60,538 nucleotides of DNA from a virus (IMGVR_UViG_3300005095_000141:1-60538); one strand, 5' to 3'. Shown: positions 47,139-57,260, counted from the first letter of the stretch. The notes: generated from the sequence alone by a model not told the origin. Numbers and translations are program-made.

Positions 47139-48619
47139 GGATACTTGTAATACCGCATGTGGCGAGCAAGAACCTTGAAGGAGAGAGTGTGGCGCTGGTG
47201 TTTGCAGAGTATATGAAGAGCATTAAGAAATATGCTGAGAAAAACGGTGAAAAAGTATGGTTTTACGTTGTGTTGCCCAGAGGAGTTACCGGAGAGAAGA
47301 TATATGAGGATGTAGGGAACACTACGGTTGTGTTTGAGAACAGACGCCTTAAGCAGTTCTATACCGAGATTGACGCTGTGGATGTTGATACGCTTGAACT
47401 GTTCGGTGCACGTACCGGTATTTACCCTGTTGACGCAGTTATAACGAGTAAGACTGGATTTGCATTGATGATGACGAAGTACCTTAGTGATTTTAGGTAT
47501 GCGCAGGAGAGTCTTGACTACCTTAGGATACCGGTAGTGATAATTGAGGACAGGGCATTTGGAAGGAAGAACACGCATAACCTTGTAGATGGAGTGGAGT
47601 TTATGCTTAGAGCGATGAGCTATGCAACGCATTATACCGTGTTTATGGATGAGTTCGAGTTCGAGGAAGCGTATGATGCCAGCAAGCAGTACTTGTCTAA
47701 GGCGATGCTACGACGCTTTATGAAGCACGCAATAATGTACCCCGGTGTACGGTGCAGAGAGATAGACAGGATAATACATGGTGTGAAAAAACGGGAGAAG
47801 TTCACGCTGTTCTGGGGAGGAAGGATTTCTGCACAGAAGAGACCCGGCTTTGTACTGGACGTGTACAATAGGTTTTACGAGCTTGGATACGATGTCGACA
47901 TAATTGTTACTACACCGCACGAGGCAGACGTGAAAACCGATGTAATACCGAAAGCACTGAGGAGAAACAGCAAGATAAAAGTACTGTATAACGTAAGCAG
48001 AGAAGAATACCTTAAGCTACTGGCTAGTAGCCATGTGTTTCTGAGTGGTAGCTTGTACGAGGGCTTCACGATTGGTCATACCGAGGCTGGCTATACTGGT
48101 GTGCCTGTGATTGTACCGAATAGGCCGTGGAGCAGATTGATATTTGGCAGTGACTATAAGCTGATGTATGACCCTAGGAGCGAGAAGGAGGCACTGGCAG
48201 TACTGATATGGTGTTATGAGAACTATGATGAGTGCGTGGAGATTAGTAGGAAGACTAGGGAGAGGATAAGGGAATTGTTTGATGCGGAGAAGACGCATGA
48301 GATACTGTATAATGTGGTGAAGAAAGCATATACTGAGACCGTGCTTGACAATATTGACCAGCTAATAATAGGCAGAGGGATAAAAGAGGTGCTTGACACA
48401 GTGATTTCAGAGGCTAGGAGCAGAGGATACGATAAGATTTCGCTTAGGATGCTGATAATGCTGATGAAGAAGTATATGCGTGTAAGCAACAGATGGACTG
48501 ACCCCCGCCTAGGAATGCCTAGTATGTGGGCGCTGTACCAGTACATTAAGAACGTGCTTGGATACCGTGACACATGTGATTCAGAAGAGCCTGTTTTTAA
48601 TATTGAAGTAGATAATTAA
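47135..48619 (+). CDS. GT-B (GT4-like) glycosyltransferase, paralogue
   Basis: GGRISAQKRP and VFLSGSLYEGFTIGHTEA..GVPVI. Confidence 0.82.
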   Translation: MRILVIPHVASKNLEGESVALVFAEYMKSIKKYAEKNGEKVWFYVVLPRGVTGEKIYEDVGNTTVVFENRRLKQFYTEIDAVDVDTLELFGARTGIYPVDAVITSKTGFALMMTKYLSDFRYAQESLDYLRIPVVIIEDRAFGRKNTHNLVDGVEFMLRAMSYATHYTVFMDEFEFEEAYDASKQYLSKAMLRRFMKHAIMYPGVRCREIDRIIHGVKKREKFTLFWGGRISAQKRPGFVLDVYNRFYELGYDVDIIVTTPHEADVKTDVIPKALRRNSKIKVLYNVSREEYLKLLASSHVFLSGSLYEGFTIGHTEAGYTGVPVIVPNRPWSRLIFGSDYKLMYDPRSEKEALAVLIWCYENYDECVEISRKTRERIRELFDAEKTHEILYNVVKKAYTETVLDNIDQLIIGRGIKEVLDTVISEARSRGYDKISLRMLIMLMKKYMRVSNRWTDPRLGMPSMWALYQYIKNVLGYRDTCDSEEPVFNIEVDN

Positions 48620-48638
48620 ACGTGTATGGGTGGTCTGC

Positions 48639-49424
48639 ATGCAAGACATAAAACGTGAAATAAAAGAAGTTCCTGTGTCCCAGATTATACCGCTTGAAGA
48701 GAACATTAGAGAGATGAGTGACGAGGAATTTAATGCGCTGTGCAAGAGCATAGAGGAAAACGGGTATGCGGAGCCGATACAGGTTGTTGAGACGCCTGAC
48801 GGTAAATACCGTATAGTGAACGGCCAGCACAGGTATGAAGCACTTGTAAATGTGTTTGGAGTTGATACCGTAACAGTTATAGTGCTTGGCAGGATGTGTA
48901 AGGAAGGAGAGGACCCTGAGAAGGATGGTTGCTGGGACGAGTACCGTTACTGGGCGGAGGTGATAAGGCTTAACAACATACGTGGTGACTGGAAGAAGCC
49001 GGCGCTTGCAAAGAAGATATTTGAGCTGTGGGAGTACTATAAGAAGAAAGGATATGACAGGCTTGACCTGAAGGAGCGTCTAGGTTTTACCGGGGCTAAG
49101 ACGTTCTTTGACAAGTTGTTTGAGGATGTGAAGAAGTCGTTACCGAAGGATATTGCAGAGGAGCTTGAGAAGAAAAAGGACAAGATAGATACTGTGGAGG
49201 ATTTGAGCAGGATAATAAACGAGATAATGAGGAAAAGCGGGAACACCGTGAAGTACGGATACCTGATATTCAGCCTTGGAGGAAAACAGCACATACTGGT
49301 ACGTGCGTTGCCGGAGCTGTTCTCGGTGGTGCGGGATATACTGGACTACTGCAAGTATAATGGGAGGAATGCGTCTGAAGTACTGTATGAACTGCTTAGT
49401 GGATGGGAGGAGAAACTGCAATGA
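48639..49424 (+). CDS. ParB-N/sulfiredoxin-domain protein
   Basis: N.R.MS..EF..L..SIEENG..EPI.V...YRIVNGQHR. Confidence 0.85.
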   Translation: MQDIKREIKEVPVSQIIPLEENIREMSDEEFNALCKSIEENGYAEPIQVVETPDGKYRIVNGQHRYEALVNVFGVDTVTVIVLGRMCKEGEDPEKDGCWDEYRYWAEVIRLNNIRGDWKKPALAKKIFELWEYYKKKGYDRLDLKERLGFTGAKTFFDKLFEDVKKSLPKDIAEELEKKKDKIDTVEDLSRIINEIMRKSGNTVKYGYLIFSLGGKQHILVRALPELFSVVRDILDYCKYNGRNASEVLYELLSGWEEKLQ

Positions 49425-50314
49425 CGCTGACCGTGCTTCTTACCGGTAGCGAGGGTGTTCTTGGGAAGAGAATAAAGGAACTGTTGCCGAAGATGATTGA
49501 TGCGAGGATAATAGGTCTTGACATAAAGGAGACTGCCGATATTGTGGGTGATATACGGAACTATGATGTACTTGTGTCCGCTATGAAAACATATAGACCG
49601 GATGTTGTACTGCATTTTGCGGCTTTGACAAGCCCGATAGAGAGTACGTACCGTGAAATAGAGTATTATGACGTGAACATGATTGGTACTGCGAAGCTTG
49701 TGAAGATAGTGCCGAGGGATGCCCTGTTTATATTTGCGAGTAGCTGTGCAGTATATGGGAATGCGTACGATGTTCTTAAGAGACCGGTGATTCTTAGCGA
49801 TGCATGGAGGTTTACGCCGCTAAGCCCGTATGGTCTGAGCAAGCTGTTTGCAGAGAAAATAATACGTAGCCATAGAGACGATGCGGTTATACTGAGGTTT
49901 GGAAACGTGTATAGCCCGTATGACGATAAGTATGTGTTCTGGAAGATGTTTAGCAACAAGGTGTTCGTTCTTAACGACCCTGATGCTGTAAGGGATTTTG
50001 TAAGTGTGGATGACCTGATACGGCTGATTGTGAAGATAATACGTAGATGGGATGCGGGCGAATACGTTGGAGGTACGTATAATGTTGGTGGTGAACCGCT
50101 TAAGATGGCTGATGTGGTAGAGATTGCTAGGAAAAAGGCTGGATGGCCGGAGAAAGTGGTTATTGGCAATGGTTTGAAGCCTGGAGAGTTTAAGCGCATG
50201 GTTCTGAACATTACAGCTACTAGGGATGCATTTGACTGGTCGCCTATTGACAGGCTGGAAAACTATATAGATGTTCTAGACCGATACTTTAGAATGAGGT
50301 CTGCGGGGAGATAA
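49421..50314 (+). CDS. NAD-dependent epimerase (GalE-like)
   Basis: LTGSEGVLG, HFAA, ASSCAVYG, YGLSK, RFGNVY and RDFV. Confidence 0.9.
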   Translation: MTLTVLLTGSEGVLGKRIKELLPKMIDARIIGLDIKETADIVGDIRNYDVLVSAMKTYRPDVVLHFAALTSPIESTYREIEYYDVNMIGTAKLVKIVPRDALFIFASSCAVYGNAYDVLKRPVILSDAWRFTPLSPYGLSKLFAEKIIRSHRDDAVILRFGNVYSPYDDKYVFWKMFSNKVFVLNDPDAVRDFVSVDDLIRLIVKIIRRWDAGEYVGGTYNVGGEPLKMADVVEIARKKAGWPEKVVIGNGLKPGEFKRMVLNITATRDAFDWSPIDRLENYIDVLDRYFRMRSAGR

Positions 50315-50317
50315 ATT

Positions 50318-50668
50318 ATGGCGCTTGAAGACCTTGTACGTGAATGTAACCCGGAGCATGCAAAGGAGATTGTGCGTGCTATAAGGAAGCTTGAACGATA
50401 CGCTAATGGCATGGATGTGAATGCTGTGTATGACAGGTATTCGTTACTGGTGTTTAAGGAGCCGTTGTTTACGATAGAGTATGAACTGTACGGTGCCGCA
50501 TACGGTGGAAGCTTTAAGTGTCAGGAAATGATAGGCAAGATACAGGATGCTATAAGCCAGATAAAGGACATACTGGTTGAGATGGAGGACAGATACCGTA
50601 GGAACGAGTCGCAGAGCGACCTGATAGTTAAGCTACAGAGCCTTGTAAACAGCCTTAACGAGATATGA
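50318..50668 (+). CDS. Hypothetical protein
   Basis: ORF within an operon. Confidence 0.65.
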   Translation: MALEDLVRECNPEHAKEIVRAIRKLERYANGMDVNAVYDRYSLLVFKEPLFTIEYELYGAAYGGSFKCQEMIGKIQDAISQIKDILVEMEDRYRRNESQSDLIVKLQSLVNSLNEI

Positions 50669-50677
50669 TGATGAGGT

Positions 50678-50944
50678 ATGAGTAAGAGGCGTTTTTTCAC
50701 ACGCTATATAGATGAGAAGTGGCTTAGGACAGCGCATTTTCTGCATGGTTTTTTGACAGCACTTGCAATGCATTTCTACGGGATAGGAGTAGCTTTGTTT
50801 ATGTTTGTACAGTTTATGAGCTATGAGGCAATAGAGTATATGAAGATACGTGATACGTTTTACCCCGAAGTACTGGAATGGGATATGGGGTTTGCGCTTG
50901 GAATAGTTGTGCTGATTATACTGAGGCTGTTTTCTGTGCTTTGA
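50678..50944 (+). CDS. Small membrane protein
   Basis: 2-3 hydrophobic segments. Confidence 0.65.
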   Translation: MSKRRFFTRYIDEKWLRTAHFLHGFLTALAMHFYGIGVALFMFVQFMSYEAIEYMKIRDTFYPEVLEWDMGFALGIVVLIILRLFSVL

Positions 50945-50961
50945 ATTAACCGGTGGATAAA

Positions 50962-51348
50962 ATGGCTTGGAACGTAGGAAAATGGTCGACCCGTAGTGTA
51001 ATACTGGAAAAGGTTAAAAAGAGCGTTGACATTGACGCTATTAAGCAGAAGATTGAGAAGATAGAGATGCCCAGCTTCAATGTCTATATAGACAAGGAGA
51101 ATGACAATGAACTGAAAGTAGAGGGCGGAGTTAAGACGGTCTATAGGCTTGTATTCGACATTAACGGTCTTGACTATACGATAATAGCAGATACTGAGGA
51201 CGCTGTTATTGAGAAGCTTATTGACAAGCTTGTAGAAGTAGTATGGATGAAGATTATGGAGAGAGAGTCTGAGATAAGCGATGAGGAAGACGATGAATAT
51301 ACTGATGACGAATACGATGATTGGGAAGACGATGACGATGACTGGTGA
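50962..51348 (+). CDS. Hypothetical protein with a highly acidic tail
   Basis: DEEDDEYTDDEYDDWEDDDDDW; follows the motif at 50935. Confidence 0.7.
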   Translation: MAWNVGKWSTRSVILEKVKKSVDIDAIKQKIEKIEMPSFNVYIDKENDNELKVEGGVKTVYRLVFDINGLDYTIIADTEDAVIEKLIDKLVEVVWMKIMERESEISDEEDDEYTDDEYDDWEDDDDDW

Positions 51349-51366
51349 ATAGGTGGGGGATAAAGA

Positions 51367-52677
51367 TTGGGTTTCCCCCGTATGCCATTAGAAATTGTTT
51401 TTTCACGCCCCGATACTGTTCTTGCACATAGATTAGTAGGAGCTACAGATACCGATGATTATGAGAGGAAGATGCATAAGATTTTCGATATTTACGCCAG
51501 TAAGCAGTGTGTGGAAGGAAAGGAATGGTGTGAATGTGTGTACCGTTACACAGAGCTTGGCACGATAAAGTATTTCAGATACCCGATACTGAGTGTTCTG
51601 CGTGGAAGTGTTGTGCGGTTCTACAGCAATGGAGAAGCAAGGCAGGTTAGCTTTCCGTTTGCCAAGTTCTTTAACGAGGGAGAAGTTAGGGCGGACAGGC
51701 TGGAGAAATACGGTATTGTTGCTAGGGATACCGAGAACGTTGACAAGTATGCTGGGAAGAATGCCCTTGCTACCGAGAAGATTGACGGAACGCTTATAGT
51801 GGTTTGGAGAGACCCGGATACCGGTGTACTGCGTGCTAATACTAGAGGACGACTGGATGTTGGTAAGAGGAACTGGTTTGTAGAGATTTTCTTTGGAACG
51901 ATTGAGAGACGTGGTATGTGGAATGACTTAGAGGAACTGGTAGGAGACAACGAGACTGTTATGTTTGAGCTTAGAAGCAGTGATTACCCTGGAAGCACTA
52001 TGCCGTTCAAGTATGTTGAGTGGTCTGCAGACAATATTGATGGTTGCTGGGAGAAGTGGACGCCGTACCTGCTTGCCCGTAGAAGACATGATACGCTTGA
52101 GATAGAGTACTACCGTGACAGTGTGTTTGATATGCCCGTAACGATTGATGCTAGGAGATTTGATGATGTGATGGAGTTTGTTAGGACGCACCCGGAGAAA
52201 GAAGGTGTTGTACTGTGGTTTCCCGGCATGCGGTATATGGATGAGTTTGTGTGGTGGGATTACCTTGTGAAGATGAAGAACTTCGCCTATTTACTAAAGA
52301 CGGTGTTTACTGGCAGGAAGCCGTACAGGAAGATAATGAAGTATATTGGGAACGGACGCATAGATGACCTGTACCCGTTCTTACCGGATGATATGAAGGA
52401 GTTTGTTGATACTGTTAGGGAGAAATATGATAAGTTGATGGAGATTGTGAACGAGATACGGTATTTGTACGATACTGCTGATGAGGAGACGAGGAAGAAA
52501 ATATATGGTGTGCTTAGACGAAAGATATGGTTTGCCCGTGATATTGTTACTGGACGGCTTGGGAGGATGATGTCTGTTCTGGTGAAAGACGATAATGAGA
52601 AGACGTTTAAGGCTGTTGATAGACTGCTTAGGAGAATGAAGGATGTATATAGTGCTGTGCTGGAAGTGGTTGATTAA
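51367..52677 (+). CDS. T4 Rnl1-like RNA ligase
   Basis: PFAKFFN.GE, EKIDGT (motif I), FEL, EGVVL and KMK. Confidence 0.85.
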   Translation: MGFPRMPLEIVFSRPDTVLAHRLVGATDTDDYERKMHKIFDIYASKQCVEGKEWCECVYRYTELGTIKYFRYPILSVLRGSVVRFYSNGEARQVSFPFAKFFNEGEVRADRLEKYGIVARDTENVDKYAGKNALATEKIDGTLIVVWRDPDTGVLRANTRGRLDVGKRNWFVEIFFGTIERRGMWNDLEELVGDNETVMFELRSSDYPGSTMPFKYVEWSADNIDGCWEKWTPYLLARRRHDTLEIEYYRDSVFDMPVTIDARRFDDVMEFVRTHPEKEGVVLWFPGMRYMDEFVWWDYLVKMKNFAYLLKTVFTGRKPYRKIMKYIGNGRIDDLYPFLPDDMKEFVDTVREKYDKLMEIVNEIRYLYDTADEETRKKIYGVLRRKIWFARDIVTGRLGRMMSVLVKDDNEKTFKAVDRLLRRMKDVYSAVLEVVD

Positions 52678-52762
52678 ATAGGTTTTTGACTAGGCTTTTA
52701 TGCGGTGATGATTATTTTGTTTAAATGGGAATACCGACATACAAACAGCATGGTGTGCAGGG

Positions 52763-52975
52763 ATGTCTGCGAGGGCAAGTGCCTTTGTGGAGATGCTACT
52801 GGTTATACTGGCGTTGGTAGGCGGTATTCTATGGCTTGTGTTTCCGTTGATAGTGTTTCTAGCTATTGGATATAGTGATGGGAGTCTGAGTGTTAAGGAT
52901 GTTGCTGTTGCTGTTGGATGCGAGGTGGCTTACCTGTTGTTCCTGTACATTGTTTATTACCGGCGACGCAGATAA
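52763..52975 (+). CDS. Small 2-TM membrane protein (holin-like)
   Basis: Two TM helices and a basic C-terminus RRRR. Confidence 0.55.
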   Translation: MSARASAFVEMLLVILALVGGILWLVFPLIVFLAIGYSDGSLSVKDVAVAVGCEVAYLLFLYIVYYRRRR

Positions 52976-52981
52976 GATATT

Positions 52982-53188
52982 GTGGTGGTAGCTGTGCCCG
53001 AAGACCTTAACACGCTAGCCGAGAAGCTGAACATGATTGTGAAGCTATTGGCTGGTAAGAAATGTGAATGCTACTGTGACGAGGAGCTTGATAACCTTGT
53101 TAAGGAGTTGCAGGAGACTGTTAACCTGCTTATTGACTGGGCAACAAAGGCTGGTATGGGGGTGATTGGCAGAGATGTTGAAGGCTGA
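52982..53188 (+). CDS. Small coiled-coil protein
   Basis: ORF within an operon. Confidence 0.55.
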   Translation: MVVAVPEDLNTLAEKLNMIVKLLAGKKCECYCDEELDNLVKELQETVNLLIDWATKAGMGVIGRDVEG

Positions 53189-53663
53189 TATTGGTACGAT
53201 TGCACAGTATGTGAAGCAACTGTATGACTGGTATGTGCCGCCGTTTAAGCCAAAGACCGTCAATATTGGTTGGCAGGGAATGTATAAGGTGCTTAGCAAG
53301 TTACCGAACTTTAGCCCTGCAAAGGTGCTTCGTACTGATGGTAATTACTATGCTACTGATTATGAGACGTTTAAGAAGATTATTGCTTGGGACTGGACGA
53401 ACACTAGGCAGTACATTGTTGATACGTTTGACTGTGACAAGTTTGCTCTGTACTTTAAGGTTAGGATGGCGATAAACTTCGGCATTAACGCTGTACCGGC
53501 TGTGTTTGACTATGACGGTGGACACGCATATAATGTTGTAGTGTTTACCGATAAGGATGAGCCGTACCTGTACGAGCCGCAGAACGACAGGCTGTTCTTA
53601 CCGACTAAGGAGAACCTTAAGAAGCCGTATGTTCTTGGACAGCACTACATACTGATTGTGTGA
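53166..53663 (+). CDS. Papain/transglutaminase-like cysteine protease
   Basis: FDCDKFA...HAYN...EPQ catalytic motif set. Confidence 0.75.
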   Translation: MAEMLKADIGTIAQYVKQLYDWYVPPFKPKTVNIGWQGMYKVLSKLPNFSPAKVLRTDGNYYATDYETFKKIIAWDWTNTRQYIVDTFDCDKFALYFKVRMAINFGINAVPAVFDYDGGHAYNVVVFTDKDEPYLYEPQNDRLFLPTKENLKKPYVLGQHYILIV

Positions 53664-53669
53664 TGCTGT

Positions 53670-53933
53670 ATGGGAGAGACGAAGTGTTTTGAAGTAGAGC
53701 TTGTTTTTACGGGCAGTCTTTCCTACACGTATGTTTTGCCGATAACGGGGTATGCTGTAGGATACGGTAATTTGTTTGGTCTTGACGGCACTGTTTATGC
53801 CTATGTAAAGGAGAATAGCTGTGGAGATACCGGTGTATGCAGTAGAAACCTTATATACAGGATTGTGCTTAATGAAGTACCTGAGAAGATAGGAGACAAG
53901 TTCACCGTGTTTCTATGTTATACAGAGTTTTGA
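53670..53933 (+). CDS. Hypothetical protein
   Basis: ORF within an operon. Confidence 0.55.
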   Translation: MGETKCFEVELVFTGSLSYTYVLPITGYAVGYGNLFGLDGTVYAYVKENSCGDTGVCSRNLIYRIVLNEVPEKIGDKFTVFLCYTEF

Positions 53934-53945
53934 GCGTGATATGGT

Positions 53946-54398
53946 TTGAAGACCCCGCTTGATGATGTTAAGGATACGGCTAAACGTGTTATTGCTGAAG
54001 GCGTCGCGTCTGGAAAGAAGTTTGAAGAGATAGCGCAGGAGCTTAGCGAGATGCTAGGTAAGAAGATAACGCCTAGTATGGTGCGGTATTTCTACTACAG
54101 AGAGTTTGGGGATGTTGTTTCTGATACGCCTAGAAGCAGTACCGATGTTGTTGACGATGAAGGAGAATTTGATTTGGAGAAGGAATTGATATGGCTGTAC
54201 CGTGTGCAGAAGAAACGTATTAGACGGCTGGTTAGACTGGAGGAAGAAGCTGGACTGCCACTGCCTGATACGAGCAAGAACATTGATATTGCAAGCAGGA
54301 TACTGGAGAAGCTTGGAAAAATAGGAAGTGCAGAGGATGAGAACATTATTGAGAAGGTGCTTGAGGCGCTGGAGTCTGATACTGGTACTGAGCAGTAG
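53946..54398 (+). CDS. terS: Putative terminase small subunit
   Basis: N-terminal HTH-like segment; coupled to the large subunit. Confidence 0.6.
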   Translation: MKTPLDDVKDTAKRVIAEGVASGKKFEEIAQELSEMLGKKITPSMVRYFYYREFGDVVSDTPRSSTDVVDDEGEFDLEKELIWLYRVQKKRIRRLVRLEEEAGLPLPDTSKNIDIASRILEKLGKIGSAEDENIIEKVLEALESDTGTEQ

Positions 54399-55831
54399 TG
54401 GTGTTTGTTTTGAACAAGCTTGTTGAGAAGGCGCTTAGGAATTTCGACAAGTTTGTAGCGGCTTTGTTTGTAGGGCCGGACGGCAAGCCGTTGCGGCTGA
54501 CGTATTACCAGAAAGAGTTTATTATGAAGGCGCTTACGAGGAAGCCGGGCAAGTTTATTTTCTTGGCGGCGACCCGTAGCGGTAAGACGACCAGTACAGC
54601 CGTGCTTGCAATACTGTATGGATTGCTGTACCCGAGAGAAGAGATTGTTGTTGTTGCGCCCACGTTTAGACAGGCAAACATACTGTTTGGAAGGATACGA
54701 GAATTCATTATGTCCAGCCCGATACTGATGCGCATGATAGACAGGGAGAAGAGCTTTAGGCACGACCTGATACACTTTAAGAACAAGACTGTACTGAGAG
54801 CGTTGTCTGCAGGTAACCCTGAGGCGTTGCTTGGCTTCGGTGCTACTGTGCTGATTGTTGATGAGGCTGGTAGCATACCGGACAATATTTTCAGAACCCG
54901 TATATTGAGGATGATTATGAGTAACCCGCTTGGAAGGAAGCCTGTGCTGATACTGCTTGGTACGCCGCACGTACACAACTATATGTGGAGGCTGTGGGTA
55001 GAAGGTGATGAGAAAGAAGTGTTTAAGATGCGTGTTACTTGGAGGGACGCTGTTAAGGCTGGAATAATGAGGAAGGATGAGGTGGAGTTTGCCCGTAAGA
55101 TGCTTAGCGAGACAGAGTTTAGGATGTGGTATGAGGCGGAGTTCGTGAATACTGAGGGCAAGTTCTTCGATATTGATGATATTAGGAAGTGTGCTGTTGC
55201 CCGTGGAATAGTTGGTGCGAAGCCTTTGCCTAGGAGACCGGGGCATATACGGATACTGAGTGTTGATGTTGCACGGCTGGGGGATGACGAGACAGCCGCT
55301 GTTATTGTTGAGGTGCCGAAGAACTTTACGCCGGAGGAAGGCATAGTAGAAGTGCTTGGAGTGTACCGGCGCAAGAAGATGTACTTGAATGAGACAATAG
55401 GCTGGGTACTGCACTTGGCAGAGGAATGGCTGGTAGATTATGTAGCTGTTGACGCTATAGGAATGGGCGTCGGGGTCTGCGACGTGCTTAGGGAGAAGCT
55501 TGGTTTTTACCGTGTTGTTGATGTTTCGGCGGCTGGTAGGGAGCGTATTGATATGTTTATGCTGTTTAGGCGTCTTGCTAGGGAGAGGCGTATTATTTTG
55601 CCTGAGAATGAAGATATAGTTAGGCAGTTCTGGTCTTATGAGGTTCGCTATGGCGGTAATGGTGATGTGCGCATTATTAAGAAGGCCGGGTACCGTGATG
55701 ATGTTGCCGATGCTATTATTTATGGTGTTTGGGTGGGCTACAAGTACAGTAACTACGCTGGCTATACCGTGCATGTGTCTGACAAGATAGCCAATATTGT
55801 TGAGCGCATGTCTGCTAGTGGAAGCCTGTGA
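54398..55831 (+). CDS. terL: Terminase large subunit
   Basis: YQ, RSGKTT, VAPTFRQA, IVDEAG, GTP, YEAEF, VDVARLGDD and DDVADA. Confidence 0.95.
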   Translation: MVFVLNKLVEKALRNFDKFVAALFVGPDGKPLRLTYYQKEFIMKALTRKPGKFIFLAATRSGKTTSTAVLAILYGLLYPREEIVVVAPTFRQANILFGRIREFIMSSPILMRMIDREKSFRHDLIHFKNKTVLRALSAGNPEALLGFGATVLIVDEAGSIPDNIFRTRILRMIMSNPLGRKPVLILLGTPHVHNYMWRLWVEGDEKEVFKMRVTWRDAVKAGIMRKDEVEFARKMLSETEFRMWYEAEFVNTEGKFFDIDDIRKCAVARGIVGAKPLPRRPGHIRILSVDVARLGDDETAAVIVEVPKNFTPEEGIVEVLGVYRRKKMYLNETIGWVLHLAEEWLVDYVAVDAIGMGVGVCDVLREKLGFYRVVDVSAAGRERIDMFMLFRRLARERRIILPENEDIVRQFWSYEVRYGGNGDVRIIKKAGYRDDVADAIIYGVWVGYKYSNYAGYTVHVSDKIANIVERMSASGSL

Positions 55832-55835
55832 CGGC

Positions 55836-55854
55836 TGTGCTTTGAGAATACCGG
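55836..55854 (+). promoter_or_regulatory. 19-bp viral motif copy (upstream of JAB)
   Basis: TGTGCTTTG-AGAAT-ACCGG. Confidence 0.75.
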
Positions 55855-55878
55855 ATAAACTGCATTGGGCTGGTAGGT

Positions 55879-56598
55879 ATGCGTGTTAAGAAAATACGTG
55901 CTAGTTCGTCTAAATGGAGTACTGGGTATAAGCCTGTAACTGAATGCCCGTATATGAAGATTGGTAAGCTGATAGTGCTTGTTGATTTTTCGTTGTTCGA
56001 GAAGATAAGCAGGCTTGCAGACGAGATTGATACCGAGTTCCTGATGTATGCTAAGTACAAGAAGCTTGGTGAAAATGAAATATACGTTGTTGATGACGTG
56101 TTTGTACCGAAACAGAAAGCTAGTGCTACGTTTGTAGAGGTAGAGGACAAGATACCGGAGAAGTTTGCTACTGAGACTGTTGTTATACATAAGCACCCGC
56201 CGAATATAGAGTCGTTCAGCAGAACAGATTATGAGTACATTAATGCGAATAACGATGTTAGTCTGCTGTGGTGTGATGGAGAGTTTACTGATGCTACTGT
56301 AAGGCGCAAGCTACCGTGTGGTAAGACTGCTATTGCGAGTGCAGATACTGTTAAGATGTATGTTGTTCTGCCTACTGGTAAGAAGGTTGATAAGCTGATA
56401 GATGGTATTAAGAAATGGGTTGAGGAGGCGAAGAAGAAGATAAAGCAGGAATATGTGCATGTGGCGAATGGCAAGACTATTCTTGACTATAGCGATTATG
56501 GTGGGTGGAGGACTAGCCTGTACGACATACCGGATTATGATGATGAGATAGAGGAGCTGTATAATGGAGAGATTAGTAGGATGATGCGTAGAAGGTGA
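55879..56598 (+). CDS. JAB/MPN+ metallo-isopeptidase (Ubl deconjugase)
   Basis: TEF (catalytic Glu), VPKQ and VIHKHP....FS.TD (JAMM HxH-x7-S-x2-D). Confidence 0.85.
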   Translation: MRVKKIRASSSKWSTGYKPVTECPYMKIGKLIVLVDFSLFEKISRLADEIDTEFLMYAKYKKLGENEIYVVDDVFVPKQKASATFVEVEDKIPEKFATETVVIHKHPPNIESFSRTDYEYINANNDVSLLWCDGEFTDATVRRKLPCGKTAIASADTVKMYVVLPTGKKVDKLIDGIKKWVEEAKKKIKQEYVHVANGKTILDYSDYGGWRTSLYDIPDYDDEIEELYNGEISRMMRRR

Positions 56599-56939
56599 TG
56601 TTTGTGGATAGATGGGACTTTGTGTATTGGTTTAGGAGACCGGTTGGAAGTACTGCTGATGTTGTAGAGGCGGTTGCTAGTGACGGTGATAAATGGTATG
56701 TTGTAACTATGGGTGGAAGGATTAACGAGAGAGGGGAATACGAGATTATGGGAGAACCGATACCGATTGATGGGCCGAAGGATGACCCTGTAGATATGCT
56801 GTGTAGTCACCTAGAGTTTTACAGGGAGATTGGTATTGTTGGGAAATGGGATAAGCAGGTTGAGAAGTTCTGTAGCGATACCGGTGTAGATGATGAGATT
56901 GTGTTTATGAAGCACTTGAGGATAAGGAGGTCTAGGTGA
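56595..56939 (+). CDS. Hypothetical protein
   Basis: Coupled to the JAB gene. Confidence 0.65.
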   Translation: MMFVDRWDFVYWFRRPVGSTADVVEAVASDGDKWYVVTMGGRINERGEYEIMGEPIPIDGPKDDPVDMLCSHLEFYREIGIVGKWDKQVEKFCSDTGVDDEIVFMKHLRIRRSR

Positions 56940-56946
56940 TAGTGGA

Positions 56947-57144
56947 ATGAGTGGAAACGATAGTGCTGTTATAGAGGATTGGTGTGGAGAAAAATACGAT
57001 GTGAACGAGATACTTGTAGAAGTAGATAGCGTAGAGGATATACTGAGGAGACTGTGCAATCCATATAAGAGAATAGGTGATGTGCATGTGTGTGTAATAG
57101 AATGTAGTGCGTTTGCATTTAGAGTTAGAGGTGATAGTGCTTGA
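56947..57144 (+). CDS. Hypothetical protein
   Basis: AGGTGA RBS. Confidence 0.55.
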   Translation: MSGNDSAVIEDWCGEKYDVNEILVEVDSVEDILRRLCNPYKRIGDVHVCVIECSAFAFRVRGDSA

Positions 57145-57260
57145 TAACGGTTCCGATGGATGAATGTGTTAAGAAGTGCTTGGAGAAGAATGGCTGGACA
57201 CAGGAGAACATGATACGGTGTATGCATAAGTGTGCGGAGGAGGTGAAGTCTGCATGGTGA
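57141..57260 (+). CDS. Tiny twin-Cx3C protein (below the track cutoff)
   Basis: MITVPMDECVKKCLEKNGWTQENMIRCMHKCAEEVKSAW; GAGGTGA RBS; TTGA overlap. Confidence 0.45.
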   Translation: MITVPMDECVKKCLEKNGWTQENMIRCMHKCAEEVKSAW

